Assembly: GCA_020536535.1 (NCBI GenBank)
Contig: JAHLWZ010000791.1
Span: 248,001 to 312,000, forward strand
Length of the DNA: 64,000 nt
Source of the DNA: Pelomyxa schiedti
Taxonomy: Eukaryota; Protista; Evosea
Direction of reading: 5' to 3'
The notes under the pieces are model-generated. The model had not been told where the DNA came from and ran no database searches. It worked only from the letters and a program-made list of their open reading frames with translations. The first letter of the stretch is position 1. Every line of letters starts with the position of its first letter. Of this stretch, positions 40,697 to 51,082 are shown piece after piece. A program made the position numbers and the translations under genes.

Positions 40697-42983
40697 TCAG
40701 GAATCCCATAGAGACTGTGCCCTTAGAGCGTTGATTTCCTCCATAGCTTGTTGTGTGAGTGCTTTGTAGTCCACCTTGGCCATGCGGTTCAGGGGCATAG
40801 CACCTGTTTTCATCACCACAATGTGCTGCGGTCTTTTGTATGCTGTGAGGGTTGCTGTTGATTGCTTCACTTCGTCAGGGGTGACTGTGGAACCCTCCGA
40901 GAGCTCCACAAAGGCAACTATTCCTTCAGAATAGATGTTGTGAGGTACTCCAACCACTGCGGCCTTCTCTACCCTGCCTTTAAGTCCTCTGACTATGTGG
41001 TCTTCCACTTCTGGGGGATAGACAAGGTACCCCTTGGGCTTTATCATGAACTTCCTTCGGCATGAATAAACTATTCCATCTTTGGTCATCACACCCATAT
41101 CACCAGTGTGAAGAACTGGGTAGGTGCTTCCACTGCAAACAAGTACTTTCCTTGTCTCTTCTGGCAGGTTGTAGTATCCAAGAAAAGTTTGGGGCCCTTG
41201 ATAACAAATCTATGAGTGGGTTTTTTTTAAATATTGTCAGTGTTGAATGAGTAAATGGATAGCAACCTCTCCAATAGTTCCTTCTGGAAGGATAGTTCCA
41301 TTTGTATCTTCTTCCGATACAGGACTCCTTATGGATACCGGGTAGTCCGGGAAAGCAGGACCCATAAGTGTGCTCAAGCATTCACAATCGTTGGCCTTGC
41401 GTACAATTGCTGTATAACAAGATCAGCGTGGAAATAGGAAATTTCACTAACCAGAGCAAAATCCACATGTCTCTGTCAGTCCGAATCCAGTTGCCACATA
41501 AGGTGCCATGGTCGAAAGTTTGTGAACAAATTCGGCTGTCACACTTTGTCCACCAAATGCAACCATCCGCAGAGAAGACAAATCAAATGAAGAGTACGAC
41601 GGTAATCGCCACATCAAGTTGTACATTGCTGGTATTTGGGCGAGTATAGTTACATCGTTTCTTTTAATGGCGGCAAGGGATTTTTCAGCATTGAAAACGG
41701 GAATCAAAACAGCTGTTCCTCGACAAACCATTAATGTACAGAGCATTTCCGTTATCCCACTATAATGGTTAGTTTAAAAAGAAAAAACCGGAAGTTGGGC
41801 AATTACCCAACATGAGAGAGTGGTAGATTGAGAAGCAGTCGGTCACTTGGTGTGAATAAAGATCTTGCCAAGTTCCGCTTCAAATATCATAAATGGAATA
41901 AGTGGTAGTGAATAAAATTCAGAGGGTGTACGGATTGGTGAATTATTCCGCTTTGTGATAGCATTGCTGGCTTTGGTAAACCCGTAGAACCGGTTGTGAA
42001 AACCTATTTTGGTAAATAGCCTCTACTGCAAACGGAAATTACTGACCATAACAGCAGGTTCCTTCCCTGTCACCCACCAGGCCTTCCACCACATCTGGAG
42101 TGTGGCCCACCGGTATATATACTGCCACTTAATGTCGGCTGCCCATTGTGTTGCACTTTTCACACAGTTTTTGGGGTGGTTGATTACAAGTTCAGGCTCC
42201 TTTTGGAACTGGACCCAACAAGTACAGGTTGTGGAAAACTTGTCAATGAGTTCACAAATCGTAGGCCTGAAATCAAATACTTCAGTCTTACCTGGCACAA
42301 ATGAAGTGATTATTCAGTCCATAGTGAGGTATAGGTATCACACTGTTGATTTTTAACAAAAACGACCTTGTGCACTATAAAATGTGCAAACAAAATTGAC
42401 ATCGCTGTCACGATCAAAAGGGGAAAAGGAAAAAAAATAAAAAAATACAATAAAAAACCCAATATCCCAGCACTAACAAACCAAGGAAGAAAAAGGCCTT
42501 TGGAGCCAAAATGCCAAACTGCTCAATGCACTCAGATCCCCTGACTCTGAGATCCAGAGGGCAGAAAATGGCGCCGACCCTCAGGCACGCCAAGAACAGG
42601 TACACGTGCTCCTTCAGGTTCGGCAGCTGCGAGCACACCCTGTCCCCAAGCCCGACGCCCTCCGCCACCAACTTGGCCGCGAACGCGCAGCTGGCGACCG
42701 ACAGCTGGCTCCACGTGACCACCTCCCCGGTCTCGTCCACGACGATCGCGGCCCCGTCGCCGTGCGCCCGCGCGTGCTGGTCGACGTAGTCGAAGATTCG
42801 CGGAAGCACCTCCCCGCACGACGAAGCCGGGCACGCATAAGCGCTCGAAGAATAAGAAGAAGCAGAGCCAGAGTACGGCGAGGAGGCGGGCGTAGTCGAA
42901 GTGGAGGCGGCGGACTCTGGGAGCGCGTCGTCCGACAGTCGCTGGGGCTGCTGCGTCGTTGCCTGTGGTGCCGCGGCACTCAT
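40697..42983 (-). CDS. AMP-forming acyl-CoA synthetase (ANL superfamily)
   Basis: FTTGSTGLPKPAML, LPLSHVG, GFGLTETCGF, HTGDMG, IKPKGYLVYPPEVE, MPLNRMAKVD. Confidence 0.92.
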
Positions 42984-43139
42984 CGATGGGTGTATGTCGC
43001 CTGAATTTGGTTTGGTTGGTTTGTTTTGGTTTGGTGCAGGGGATTGGATTTGTATGGATGGCAGTTACTGCAATATCCATGATTTGATGGTGGTAAATTT
43101 CCACGTTCCGTGCCGTGATTAAGTGAAGTGGGAGCATCG

Positions 43140-45147
43140 ATGACGGACGACGGCGGGTGTTCGTTGGTGTACCACGTCCTTCCTGATAGATTCAGAGTTC
43201 GTTCGGGTTCCTTCTGTCCCGTATGTTCGGTTTTTTTTTTAAAAAAAACGACGTTTGGTTTTTGAAAATGCTTTTCCTGAAGGATTTTTGTGGGACAGAC
43301 TATTATGGAGGCTCTGTGAGGGGTGTGGTGGAGGCCCTTGGGTACATCAAATCAATGGGTTTTCAAGTCATCTTCCTTGGCCCTTTCCTACAAAACGCTG
43401 GTGGGTTTGATACCTATTTTTTTTTTCTTTTTGTTATTGACTGTAGAGGAATATTGCACTTTAACGCTTATAGGATAGATTATCATGGGTACCACATTTT
43501 AGATTATGAGCGGGTTGATCGAAGGCTTTTTGGACTTGACTCTCTGGAGCCTGACTCACTAGAAGCGTTACAAGAACTGAGGGACGCATGCACCAAGTGG
43601 GGCATGAAGGTTTGTTTTATTTTTATTTTGTTTTGTTTCTGTCATGTCTGACATCAGTTAGATCATGCTTGACTTTGTCCCAGTAAGATCCACCCTAAGA
43701 TAGAAATATTTTTTAATTTTCTCTAGAATCACATCTACAAAGACCATCCGTGGGTTTCTGATGGTGAGCATAACGATTGGTTTTTCAGGAACTCTGAGGG
43801 TGTTCCCCGTAGATTCTTTCTCAATTTCCCGCACCTTATCAAAGTGAATCTGGATAACCCTGCTGCCCAGAATTACATGATCAACCTTGCGTTACGGTTG
43901 CAAAAATATGTAGACATTTTTAGAGTCGATCATGCTCTGGGTGTGTTACGTACCGCTACTCTCCTTTTTTGTTTAACAGTATCCAATAGGTTGTTCTAGG
44001 CATTTCCTATCTGCCCTCACTAAGGCACTCCACCATAGAAACAGTACAACCAAAGTGATTGGCGAGTTCTGGGTTGACTTATCCCTGCGTGATTCTAAAT
44101 ACTTAGTTGATACTTTTGACTCTCTAACTCTAGAAGAAAAGGTAACGGACCCTTTAATTGTAGTGTATCCTGAGAGATTGCCTTAGGAAACTCTTGGTGA
44201 CATGCTGGAGAAAAAGGATACTTCAATACAGAACTGGCTACAACTCACCATAGCCGAAAAGGTGCTCAAATAGAAGAAAAGATTTGGAGTTCTTACCACA
44301 CCACTAGTGTTGTTCCGGCACTCCCCTAGTTGATGGAGTATTGGATTTTGAAGCACACACTATAATAAAGAAATACTGCCGCAGGAGGTTCACTCTCGTC
44401 AACTGTCTAAACTCTTAAATTGAAAATCAGATCCGTTAATATCCCAGCTCTCCAAGGTGCACTGAGCAAGCACTTTGAGCAGTTTCCTTCTTTCTTCTTG
44501 TTGCCAGTTTTCATGGATAATCATGACACTGATAGAATCCTCTATTCCTGCCAAGGGAACTTCAACACTGTGCTTCAGCTCACAAAGGTTTCCCGCTACT
44601 CCATTACTGTAAAAATTTATTCTTCTTTTTGGAAAAGTGTCTCCTTCAAATTACCCAGAGGTACAATCAACCATTCATAGTCTACTATGGAACAGAGGCC
44701 GGAATGACACATCATTCCAGCGTACACTCGACTGTGTGCTTTCACCTCATTTCGTCCACACCCACACAGACGCAATATTCTTGCCACTCTAACTCAAGAT
44801 GACCCTTGAATCGAATCGACAGCCATATGGAGACAACCAAGCAAGGCAACCATTTCCTTGGGGAAGACCAGAATCCACCAACGTATGAGAACATTCTTCA
44901 AGTGTAAGTCCCAACAACAAACCAGAAAATCATCCAATTCTGTGCTGCCATGAACCATGGGACTGATTTTGACACACAGGCAGTGATACAGCACTATGAG
45001 TGTCTGCCCCCAGCACCTGTTATTGCAGTGCAGCAACAGCCAACACAGCCAGATTGTTGCAGTTTGTGTTCAGAGAGGAGTGGTGCAAGTAACTTTGTTG
45101 GGAATCAAGTGCTCTACTATGTCACTATTCTCAGGAAATATCTATGA
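43140..45147 (+). CDS. GH13 alpha-amylase family (neopullulanase/cyclomaltodextrinase-like)
   Basis: VYHVLPDRF, YYGG..G..EALGYIKSMGF, YHGYHILDY, MLDFVPNH, catalytic FRVDH, IGEFW and FMDNHD, YYGTEAGM, RQPFPW. Confidence 0.9.
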
Positions 45148-45233
45148 TAGTTTATAGTTTGGGTTTTACTGGTTGTTGGTTGGTTTGTTTTTTTTTTTAA
45201 TTATTTTGTGAAAAGATACAACAAGTCTGTGTG

Positions 45234-45936
45234 TCAGTCGTCATTGGATTTTGCTGTTGTGGTGGTTGTAGTTGTTGTTGTGTGAGATGCAGCGGAAGAA
45301 GGTGTGGAATTTGGTGGTTGTGTGGAGGCGGTAGTGTGTGGTACGATTTTAGTTGGAACCTCTGTTGGGTTATGAGGAGTGGGGTCGAATTGGGTGTCAG
45401 TGGAAGTCTTAACATTTGAAGGAGATGTGATGGGTGATGACGTGGAGAGAGAGGAGGGGACAGATGAAGGGCTAGCTTTTACCTGCCAAACGGGTTAATA
45501 ACGAGGAGGGAAGGAATGGGAAATAGAGGGAGGAAAAAGGGAAAAAGGAGTACAAAGGGAAAAAAAAGGAAAAAAAAGTAAAAAAAAAAAAAAAAGAAAA
45601 GGGGAGAACATTTGAAGATGAGGTAGTTGTTGATGTGGTAGTTGTGGCAGTGGCATTGGGCGAAGCCGCCGTGTTTTGCGTAATCGGAATGGCCGATGGA
45701 GTACTATACGGTGCCGCGCCACTTGAACTAGCACGCAGCGGGATTTTAGTGGGCGTCGTAGATGGGCACGGCGGCATCACATCCACGTGCACGATTTCTT
45801 TAGAGTCGTATGTTATATTAGAGCGTTAATCTTGACTACTACTGCTACCCCACGACTGTGACACTCATACGTTTGTTGTTTAATTAGATCTACCTGGGTC
45901 GTCAGGGATGCTTGTGGCGTACTTCCTTGCTGCCAT
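45234..45936 (-). CDS. Small Ser/Thr/Pro-rich protein
   Basis: ATG at 45936 after an A-rich leader; three exons joined in frame through GT-AG introns; TGA at 45236-45234. No recognised domain. Confidence 0.5.
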
Positions 45937-46039
45937 CTTTTGTTTTAAAGAAACTAAGGTAGAAAAACAAAAAGAAAAAGATATGCCAAACGGCTTTTTG
46001 ATCGGCGAATTTAATTTAAAAGGAAAGAAATCATCAAGC

Positions 46040-48490
46040 CCTGGCTCCCTGACGTCGTCCCATTAACTCCAATCAGACTATGTGAGTGTTAGTTCCAAAA
46101 AAAAACATTCATGGATTTGATAGGAGGATATGATAGGAGGGAGCTGGCATACATTGTCCCTAGCAAGGGCTTCCATATCTTGCCTGGTTGTCTTTTGGAC
46201 TGGGTGCAGGGCTGTTGGTTGTTGGGATTTGGGTGCCGGTTGAGTTTGCTGTGGTTGAGGAGTAGCGGCAGAGGAATGTGTTGGAGTTGGCTGCGGAGGA
46301 GACTTGAGAGTTATTGTTGTGGATATGGTCTTGGTCTTTGGTGGGGCAGGCATGGTGGTGGAAGGCTGTGGGTGATGGGGAGGTTGTGATGTAGTAGAAG
46401 GAGAATGGAGAAGCACTTGAACCTGTAAGGGTACGGAGGACGCGGAATTGGCCTGTGGGAAATGTTAGTGAAGCCGCGCGAGTGAGGGGAACGGGAGGGA
46501 GGGGTTCTACACACATAGAAGTTGACGGAAGTTTGCCCCTTCTCTTGCTTGGTTACTTTAATTCGGCTGGGTGAGGAAGTCTGTGCTTTGGGCGGTTGGA
46601 TGTGTGGAGGGAAGAACGGCCCAGGTGAAACGGGGGTGGGTTGAGGTAAAAGTGGTTGAGGATTCCTAGAAGGGGCAGTCGATGTAGAGGGAATGGGTGC
46701 TGTCTGCGGCATCGCTTTCGCGCTGGGAGAGTAAGGTTGCGGGTGAGTTGCCACAGGAGGAACCACAGCTTGTGGTGTAGGGTGTTCCACTACCATTGAA
46801 GGAGTAGGGCCTTTCGTTACTGGTCCCCGCCTGCGGCCTTGTTCTGTGCGCTTAGAAGTTTGTTCACTTTGTTTGTTAGGTTCTGAGACTGGAAGTGTTT
46901 GGCTACCAGTCTTCGGTGCTTGTTCACTGACCAGTGTAGAGTGTGTTTGGGGTGGTACCTGAGTGACTGGTGCCTGAACCGGCTTCTCAGGTTGTGGTTG
47001 TGCTGGTACTGGTGCTGGTTTTTCGAGGGGTGGTATAATTGTTTTCTCAGGTTGCGCCTGTATCTGAGGTTCCGGCTGGGCTGGAGCAGGGACAACAGGT
47101 TGCTGGACTGGTGTCTCGGTTTGGTGCTGAGATGCTGAAACAGGTTGTGTCACTTTAGGTGATTCAGATTGGTTTGGCTTCTTGAACGTGATTTGTACCT
47201 GGACCTGGTGTGAATCCCCTTGAACAGGTTGTCTCTGAGGCGAAGGTTGTGAGTTGTGAACTGGTGGAATTCTTGCTTGAGCTTGATCTGGCTTTGCAGC
47301 AGTATGCGGTTGTGCAATAGATTGTGTTGGTTGGACAATCAAATTATTTTGGGAACTTGAAGTTGAATTTTGTTGTGTACGCACAGCTGGAGTGGTAGTC
47401 TGTGAAACTGGAGTTGGTTTTGTAGGGATGGAAGGGTGTGTTTCGGTCTGTTGGCGTTGGATAGAGGATGAAGTAGGGGTTGTTTGCACGGTAATAGTTA
47501 AACTCCCTCTTGGTTGTTGTTGTGGTTGTGGGGGTGGCGGTTTCGAACCCTGTAACCTTGTCAGAACTGCTTAAAGAGAAGAAAAAATAAGGAGAGATAC
47601 AGGTTGGTAACGTATGGCGGTATACCCAAGGGATGGAGCACCTGCTACACGGTAAGAAACACCAAGGAGTGGAAAGAACGTTCACCTTGTTGAACGGCTT
47701 CCAGCATAGCATTATAGGCATTAACCGCTTGCTGAAGCTCTTGGCTGAATATCCTATGAAAAACCGGGTAAGTTGAGTGCCGAAATAGAGCAGAAGCTAC
47801 CTCACTACAGTACTCTCACCATTAAGGTTTGGTAAGAAAACGAGAGCACCATGCTTAGAAAGTTGGGGGAGTGGCTGGGGAGATTGTTCGTCGGAGTACA
47901 ACAAGCGGATCTGGGTCAAAGTTTAGGGGAAAAAAGTCTTTTCTTTTGGAGTAACCTTCCACTTCTGTATGTAAAAGTTTATAATAAACTTTCGTACTGG
48001 GCGTGTGACAAGTTGTTGAATCGCCTGAGCGGCCTCAAAGACACCGCTGGAGAAAAAGAGTCAAAGTGTGGAAAAGGAGGAAAAAAAGAGGAAAGCCGCA
48101 CGTCCGAAAGCCTCTTATGGTGACAGGAACATCGTCAACGTGTGCCACTGTTAATGTGTCAAGCTGATTCATCTGTGGTGGTTTAAATGACCAAACTTGC
48201 GACATTATATCCAAATAATCTCCTTGCGCTTGCATCACTTCCACCGGTGGTACCTTAATAATAGTTTTACTCCACACACGAACAAGTGAAAAACGAAGCA
48301 AACAAACAAAAAAACAAACAAAAAAACCCAAAGGCATATTGTTACAAAACAGACATGTACGTTTACGTAACCGTACATGTAAAGAAACACCGTGGTCGGT
48401 TTTAAGCTTTGTGATGGTTACGCCCTGTGGCCCCACTACACGCGCGGCACTAGGTTGGTCCATAACTGCAAATACTTCTATTTCTTCCAT
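46040..48490 (-). CDS. N-terminal KH-domain protein with long Pro/Gln/Thr-rich disordered region
   Basis: ARVVGPQGVTITKLKTDHGVSLHV (KH GxxG loop) and ORF 46311-47489. 3' end approximate. Confidence 0.6.
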
Positions 48491-48706
48491 GGTGTTTTTT
48501 TGTTGTCTTTGCTCGCGGGTTGTTTTCCCTGTTGAAATCTACGCGTTCGATGTCGCTGGCTTCTTGGCTTTGCGATTTGTTCTTTTTTCTTGGTTTTGGC
48601 AGTTTCCGAGAATATGCAATCTGAACAGTTCCTGAGTCTGCCCAGTTCACGATCACAGGTAGCCTCTTATGATGAGCACGAACACGGAGAAGAAGTACGC
48701 AACGGT

Positions 48707-48730
48707 AAAAATAAACTATAAGGGTGGTGG
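48707..48730 (-). terminator. Conserved 3' element CCACCACCCTT plus T5 run downstream of copy 1
   Basis: Element ends 30 nt after the terminal stem, as in copy 2; TTTTT at 48711-48707. Confidence 0.4.
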
Positions 48731-48749
48731 GGAACCAAGGGACTGGAGG

Positions 48750-48937
48750 GAGTGCTTGATGCTAATTACACTACAGCCGGTGCCCGGCAGGACTCGAACC
48801 TGCGACCAATTTATCAGGAGTAGATTGCTCTACCAACTGAGCTACGAGCGAGCTGGGGGGACTTGAACCCCCACCTCGGCGACTTGGTGTCGCCGAACAG
48901 TCCAACCAGTCTCCATTTTAAGTTTATGAGAGCACCC
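48750..48937 (-). ncRNA. Novel double-tRNA-like structured RNA, copy 1 (~188 nt)
   Basis: In order: terminal stem GGGTGCT/AGCACTC, 8-bp hairpin TCGGCGAC/GTCGCCGA, T-arm GGGGG-TTCAAGT-CCCCC, helix CAGCT/GGCTG enclosing a full cloverleaf, then D-arm-like TAGTGTAATTAGCAT. Covaries with copy 2. Ends inferred. Confidence 0.8.
48780..48851 (-). tRNA. Inner tRNA-like cloverleaf, anticodon CCT (Arg), only 5-bp acceptor stem
   Basis: GCTCG TA GCTC AGTTGGTA GAGC A ATCTA CTCCTGA TAAAT TGGTC GCAGG TTCGAGT CCTGC CGGGC. Good A and B boxes; anticodon at 48818-48816. Confidence 0.6.
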
Positions 48938-48995
48938 TGGGCAGCTGACCAACAGTTTGCACCTCTTCTTGTGCCTGCAATCTGTGCCCACCACA

Positions 48996-49006
48996 TACTT
49001 GTGGGT
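48996..49006 (-). promoter_or_regulatory. DUSE-like upstream element ACCCACAAGTA for copy 1
   Basis: Matches the dictyostelid DUSE consensus WCCCAYAA; lies -69..-59 from the predicted 5' G at 48937. Confidence 0.75.
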
Positions 49007-49023
49007 TTCTTTTTTTCAAATAC

Positions 49024-49057
49024 AAAAAGAAAAACTTACAAACGACAAGGGTGATGG
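49024..49057 (-). terminator. Conserved 3' element CCATCACCCTT plus T5 runs downstream of copy 2
   Basis: Element at 49057-49047; TTTTT at 49034-49030 and 49028-49024. Confidence 0.4.
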
Positions 49058-49076
49058 TGAACAAAGGATGTGAATG

Positions 49077-49282
49077 GAATGCTTGATGCTAATTACACCA
49101 CAGCCGGTGCGCGGCAGGACTCGAACCTGCGGCCTTGATTATTAGGAGTAGTCTGCTCTGCCAACTGAGCTACGCGCGTGGCTGGGGGGACTTGAACCCC
49201 CACCTCGTCGGCCGACGACAAAGAAGCCGTGGGTCGCCGAACACCCCAAGCAGCAAACCATTATTGGTTTATGAGAGCACCC
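49077..49282 (-). ncRNA. Novel double-tRNA-like structured RNA, copy 2 (~206 nt)
   Basis: Same architecture as copy 1: GGGTGCT/AGCATTC, TCGGCGAC/GTCGTCGG, identical outer T-arm, CAGCC/GGCTG, inner cloverleaf, TGGTGTAATTAGCAT. Confidence 0.8.
49107..49179 (-). tRNA. Inner tRNA-like cloverleaf, anticodon CCT (Arg), only 5-bp acceptor stem
   Basis: GCGCG TA GCTC AGTTGGCA GAGC A GACTA CTCCTAA TAATC AAGGCC GCAGG TTCGAGT CCTGC CGCGC; anticodon at 49146-49144. Confidence 0.6.
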
Positions 49283-49340
49283 TTCAATAGTTCAACGGAA
49301 ATCATTTTGTTGTTTGTGCTTAGAAACCGGGTCCGGCCAG

Positions 49341-49351
49341 TACTTGTGGGA
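49341..49351 (-). promoter_or_regulatory. DUSE-like upstream element TCCCACAAGTA for copy 2
   Basis: Same motif at the same offset (-69..-59 from 49282) within otherwise diverged flanks. Confidence 0.75.
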
Positions 49352-49383
49352 TGGGTTCTGGGTTTTTGTTGGCTGGGGGGCGA

Positions 49384-50902
49384 TCAGGGGTTCTCCTTTG
49401 GTGTGGATTGTTGTGTTACTGAACTGCTGGATTGAGAGCTAAGTTCAGCACTTTTTGGGGGTACAGTTGAAGCTGGTGATGCCGATGATGCCGTTGTTGT
49501 GGTTGCTGTACCGGTCTCTGTGGATGTTGTTGTGGATGTGGAAGCAGACTCAGTCCCTGGTGTGGCAGTGGAGGCCGTGCTGGAGACTGACGTTGAAGTT
49601 GTTGTGGATGACACAGCCGGAGTTGAGTAAAACAAAAGATAGCATCTCTGGCAGGCGTCAAACTTGCATTCGGCGCAGTGGTATGTCTTCTTGTGAGTTT
49701 GTACTCCACAAATGTCGCACTCAGTAGAGTAGTCGGGTCCATATCTTGTTGTGTTGTTATTTTTCTTTCAATAGACAGGGGTGACTTACTGATTTTCTTT
49801 GAGGGTTAAAGGATGAGGGTGTTTTTCATGTTCTGCAGGTGGAGGAGGCATTGAAGTGTCCTCGTCATCAGAGTGTTCCCTAGACAAGCTGAGAACAATA
49901 AATTACCGTGTAGAGGGGAGTGTACTCTAATGGGGTGATTGAAGGTCTATCATCTGGCGCAAAAAAATCCTCCTCTATGTCATCCCAAATCCTCCTTCTT
50001 TTACTCGACTTGCCAACATCTTCACTTAACTTTTTAGCAAGTGCTGCTTTGGTGGCTGCAGTGATTTCTGCTTCTTCAGCTAAACCTTGCTCCACGGCAT
50101 CGAAGATGGACTCGCTAGTTTCAAGTTCCTATGATGAAGTGAATTTTGACACAAAACTAAGAGCATACTTTCACGAGCCACTGGTTTACAGTCAATTGGG
50201 CTTTTGCTTCCTTCTCCTGTCTTCGTTTTTCCTCCTCGCTCAGTTCTTTTGTGGGGGGTGGCTTTGGTTTGGTGGCATCTTCTATTTTCTGCTGGTACCA
50301 GCCAACAAGTTGTTGCTCCTTTTTTACATGTCGCAGACGCCTTCCATCCAACGTTCTAGACATTATTGTGAGAAGGTGTCTAACGGTAACCAAAAAAAAA
50401 GGTCGAGTACCTGCAGGAATCAAAATTCGTAGTCCGTTTGGTACCGGGCCTTGTATGCTGCCCACGCAAACTTTGACCAAAAGCACCTTGTTTACCACCA
50501 CAAATCCTAGTGTGCGTTAGAGGGGGAAAAAAGAAAGCATTTTAAGAGTCCTGCCAATAATAAAAGAGTTACAGGTCAGAAGTGGCCGGGCACTAACCTC
50601 AAGTCCAAAGACAAAAAAGTGATGCCGCTGCACAGCACTTCCAAGTCATCCAAGTCCCTCGCTCTATCCGCGCAAAAACCCACGCCGCCGTGTGCGCCGG
50701 AAACCACGCCCGACAGCCTCTGCATCCCCACAGGTACGCCTTCGCGTGCCCACAGAGCCCGCTTCACGTCGCCGACTGTCGCCCGGCCGGATCTGCCATC
50801 GCCGCCACACGTTCCGCACATGTCCAACGACACATGCGTACCTCTCGGCGTACGCACCACCGCCACTGTCGCAGATCCGCACCCGCACCCACCTTGCTGC
50901 AT
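49384..50902 (-). CDS. SDE2: Sde2 ubiquitin-fold splicing/replication-stress factor
   Basis: UBL (TVGDVKRALWAREGVPVGMQRL), then spliced LRICGG-KQGAFGQSLR..TTNFDSCR|TLDGRRLRHVK; low-complexity tail. Confidence 0.85.
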
Positions 50903-51082
50903 TTTATAAACCTTTCGTTTTCTCCTTTGTTCTGATTTTTCCCTCGTCGTGTGAGACTGGAGCCAAATGAGAAACTCAGCTCTGTCGAACCGTCTTACTT
51001 CGGCTCACAAAGGTTTTTTGAGAGAAGCCTGAGACGCATCAGCCACCAAGTTCGTTGCTGCCCAACAACCGTTTCGTTTAAC

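Noticed and set aside
48780-49179. Reading the locus as two ordinary tRNA-Arg(CCT) genes or tRNA pseudogenes
   Set aside because: Does not explain the conserved outer T-arm, D-arm and terminal stem, the compensatory changes, or the fixed-distance upstream elements.
48669-49435. Short ORFs overlapping the RNA genes (48669-48866, 48814-48996, 48863-49054, 49229-49435)
   Set aside because: No recognisable domains, and the frames are not conserved between the two copies.
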